NCBI GenBank assembly: GCA_003427395.1
Contig: BFEA01000006.1
Location: 5,673,143-5,734,691, forward strand
Length of the DNA: 61,549 bases
Direction of reading: 5' to 3'
Origin: Chara braunii
Taxonomy: Eukaryota; Plantae; Charophyceae
Shown: positions 59,043-61,549 of the stretch, piece after piece
Layout: the number at the start of each line of letters is the position of its first letter
Numbering within the stretch: position 1 is the first letter of the stretch
Made by a program: the position numbers and the translations under genes
The notes under the pieces: generated by a model
The model's input: only the letters and a program-made list of their open reading frames with translations
Told to the model about the DNA's origin: nothing
Database searches by the model: none

Positions 59043-60130
59043 TTGGAGACAGTACCCGTACTAGAGAGGGTGTGCTTTCTGTCCAAGCTGGCCCGTCGTC
59101 GTGAGACTACCCCTACGCGGGGTAGATTGATTGAGAGGTTCTGTTACAGACATGTGGGACATCAGAGTTTCACTATCAGGGCCAATGAGTCCTCAACCTC
59201 AAGACACACGCTCGTGATCACCTACTAGGTGAAGGGGGCAGAGACGGGGGTGAAGGGCACCACGTACGACAGGATTGCTGATTACATATTTCGCAGGGAG
59301 AGCTATTGGAGGGACAACTGGCTGCACGTGGTGTTTCCCCGAGTACTTTCGGCTCCTGGGGGTGTGCTCTTCGATTTTGATGGATGCAACCCCAAGCCCC
59401 TTAGTGAGTCTCGCAGCAATGACAAGAGGCGGAAGGACGACCGGATTAGGAGAGAGATAGCCAGATCCGGGGTCCCAATCGCTACATGCGTCCAGAGATC
59501 AGAGACGGACGAGTCGGACTTGGAGCCTTGCTCTGTGAGTGATGTTGATCTTGGCGATTATTTCGATTGGGACACTCACAGAGATTGAGTTTGTGGACAG
59601 TGAGGGGAGCGTTGGAGACCAGCAACAGAGACGTCGGAGGGTGATATTGAGGAGGATCGCACATCTTCTTGCACGGTATCTTCTTGAGGGTGATTGACTC
59701 CTACATGTCAGACGACCCTGGGTCTGAGACAGTTATTGGTCCCCCAAGAGAGGAGGGTCAGGTCCCATACCTTGGAGATGGCTATAGTCATTTGGTCGGG
59801 ACAGACTTTGCTATGCAGGCTTAACGAAAGCCTCTTTACGAAGATCGCTTTCTCGAGGTTTCCTACATTTACTCTGGTGGGAGAGGACGTATTGAGATAT
59901 TGATTGGAGCTTCAGGCGACATCAGTCTTGCGGAAGAGTTTTACCTCAGGAGCGTCGCAGATGAGGAGATGGCCAGATGCATGGCCTATATCTGCAAGAT
60001 TGAACCAGCAGCGCCTCTCGAGGTCAGCTATGTGGTTCCAGAGTCTATAGCCACACGAGTTCTCAATGACGAAGAGTCCCAGACGGCAACACTCACTCAC
60101 GAGGGGGTACCGCTTATTATCATTGATTGA
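59043..60130 (+). pseudogene. Cluster of short, partly broken hypothetical ORFs
   Basis: 59043-59228 and 59229-59588 share a frame, split by one TAG; further abutting ORFs 59694-59903 and 59900-60130. No known domain recognised. Confidence 0.3.
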
Positions 60131-60575
60131 GGTTCCCTCTTTTCAATCACTATGATGTATTACAACATTATTATTTATTAGTGACTGCAGCCCTCCGATG
60201 GCTGCTCCCTGCATATTTTGTGTACTACTCCTCAGTCTCCTTTCTCTGGTCATACTCTTGCAGAGTCTGGTTTCTGGTCTTCTCATTTTGTTAGTGTCAA
60301 TTGCTCTATGATGCATGTTATTTTTTTCCTCCTTATTTTATGCAGGTTACACTCAAGGCAGCTTAAAGGACTCCTGAATGATAGGGACTCTGCTGACCTT
60401 GAGTCTATCCTTTATACGGGGTCAGGTGCAGGCGATAAACCCGAACGCCTCACTCTAAGCCGTGTCGCCGCTGGTAGGAGGGATAACCCTGACTACTCGG
60501 CTGTATGATAAAGTGTGACTGCCTCTGAACACACCTCAATTTTCATACCTATCAAAATTCCTGCGTGACAGCCTG

Positions 60576-61076
60576 CTAGTCCTCCAACCCACTGAGCTCG
60601 GTCTCGGGGAAGGACATCTCACCGGACCCTTGGAGCAATGGGGGCGCGACACCGTAGGCACAGATGGGACATTCTGCATCTGGATGCAGAGGATGTTCAC
60701 AATCCGGATACAGGTGGCATCCCTGCCGACAGCGGGCCCGAAAAATTATATGGTTGTAGTGATGTCGACAAAATCGATGCTTTCCACAACCAAGTGTAAC
60801 TGTGTCAGTGATCTCACAAAAAAGGAGGTCACAAGGTGTTAGTGCAGCATGCGGGGGAATGAAGACTAAAGCAGGCACGGTGACAGACATGGAGGTAGGC
60901 ACGGAGACAGACACAGAAACAGGCATGGAGACAGACACAGAAACGGTCATGGAGACAGACACAGAAACGGGCATGGAGACAGGTGTGGAGGCAAGCACAG
61001 AAACAGATGCATCGTCGGGGACTGAAGTATATATATATATATATATCGGTGAAGCTCCGACGAAACAGTTTGTCAT
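60576..61076 (-). CDS. RING-like Cys/His zinc-finger protein (start uncertain)
   Basis: CDLLFC-x9-CGKHRFCRHH-x29-CPIC, preceded by SVSVSMPV repeats. Confidence 0.45.
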   Translation of the reverse strand: MTNCFVGASPIYIYIYTSVPDDASVSVLASTPVSMPVSVSVSMTVSVSVSMPVSVSVSVPTSMSVTVPALVFIPPHAALTPCDLLFCEITDTVTLGCGKHRFCRHHYNHIIFRARCRQGCHLYPDCEHPLHPDAECPICAYGVAPPLLQGSGEMSFPETELSGLED

Positions 61077-61220
61077 AGCCCCTCGTTTGTTGTCCTCTTC
61101 TCTCTCTCTGCCTACGGTTTACTGGGCAGTTCTGTTTGTGACGATATATATCGTCACAGATAAAACTGCCGGGTAAACAGTAGGCAGAGAGAGAGAAGAG
61201 GACAACAAACGAGGGACTAT
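61075..61220. repeat. 146-bp near-perfect loopless palindrome
   Basis: Centre GTGACGATAT|ATATCGTCAC (61147/61148); arms ATAGCCCCTCGTTTGTTGTCCTCTTCTCTC... / ...GAGAGAAGAGGACAACAAACGAGGGACTAT. Confidence 0.9.
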
Positions 61221-61549
61221 ATATATATATATCGTCACAAACAGAACTATTGACTAAGAGCATGAGCACGTGAAGTAGAAGAAGAAATAAGACGAGCAAA
61301 GAGAAGAAAAATGAAAGGACAGACAGACAAAGAGACAGACAAACCAGAATGACACTTCGTTTCACAGTATTATTATTTCTTTCAATGTTTTACAAAAAAT
61401 ATTTACACTGAATCAAAGGATAAAAATAAAAAACAAAGACACATTGAAATCATTCAGTTTCTCAGTCTTCTTAACGCCTCCTCNATTGTGCCTCTAACGT
61501 ATAAGGCTCGCCACGTTGATGAAGTTGAGCGCGAGCTGCCCCCATCCCC

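Overview
Repeat-rich eukaryotic DNA with microsatellites, N gaps and GT-AG introns. It resembles the charophyte alga Chara, but that is an inference. Most of the window is nested giant Ty3/gypsy-type LTR retroelements. (1) A complete 29.15-kb element ('family B', 9225-38375) has ~8.6-8.7-kb LTRs (TGTCG...CGACA), a 4-bp TSD (GCGG), a tRNA-Asp PBS and a decayed gag-PR-RT-RH-INT. Upstream of gag, and partly inside the LTR, it carries a tightly packed array of at least nine small paralogous genes from two families I do not recognise. Its 3' internal region holds a 309-bp inverted repeat, repeated hairpins and an antisense ORF. (2) A second giant LTR type ('family A') appears three times: an end at 1041, a copy interrupted by element B (~4420-9224 plus 38380-38430), and a 7.4-kb solo LTR (41424-48866, TSD TCGG). 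Family-A LTRs contain ~10 hairpins with covarying stems. Their ~19-nt loop motif is uniform within each copy but differs between copies at orthologous positions. All four readable LTR junctions sit on CCGN/NCGG. The rest is a gag remnant, a probable LINE fragment, exon 1 of a chlorophyllase-like alpha/beta hydrolase, several minisatellites, a RING-like ORF and a loopless palindrome. All alignments were done by eye; no searches or folding were run.
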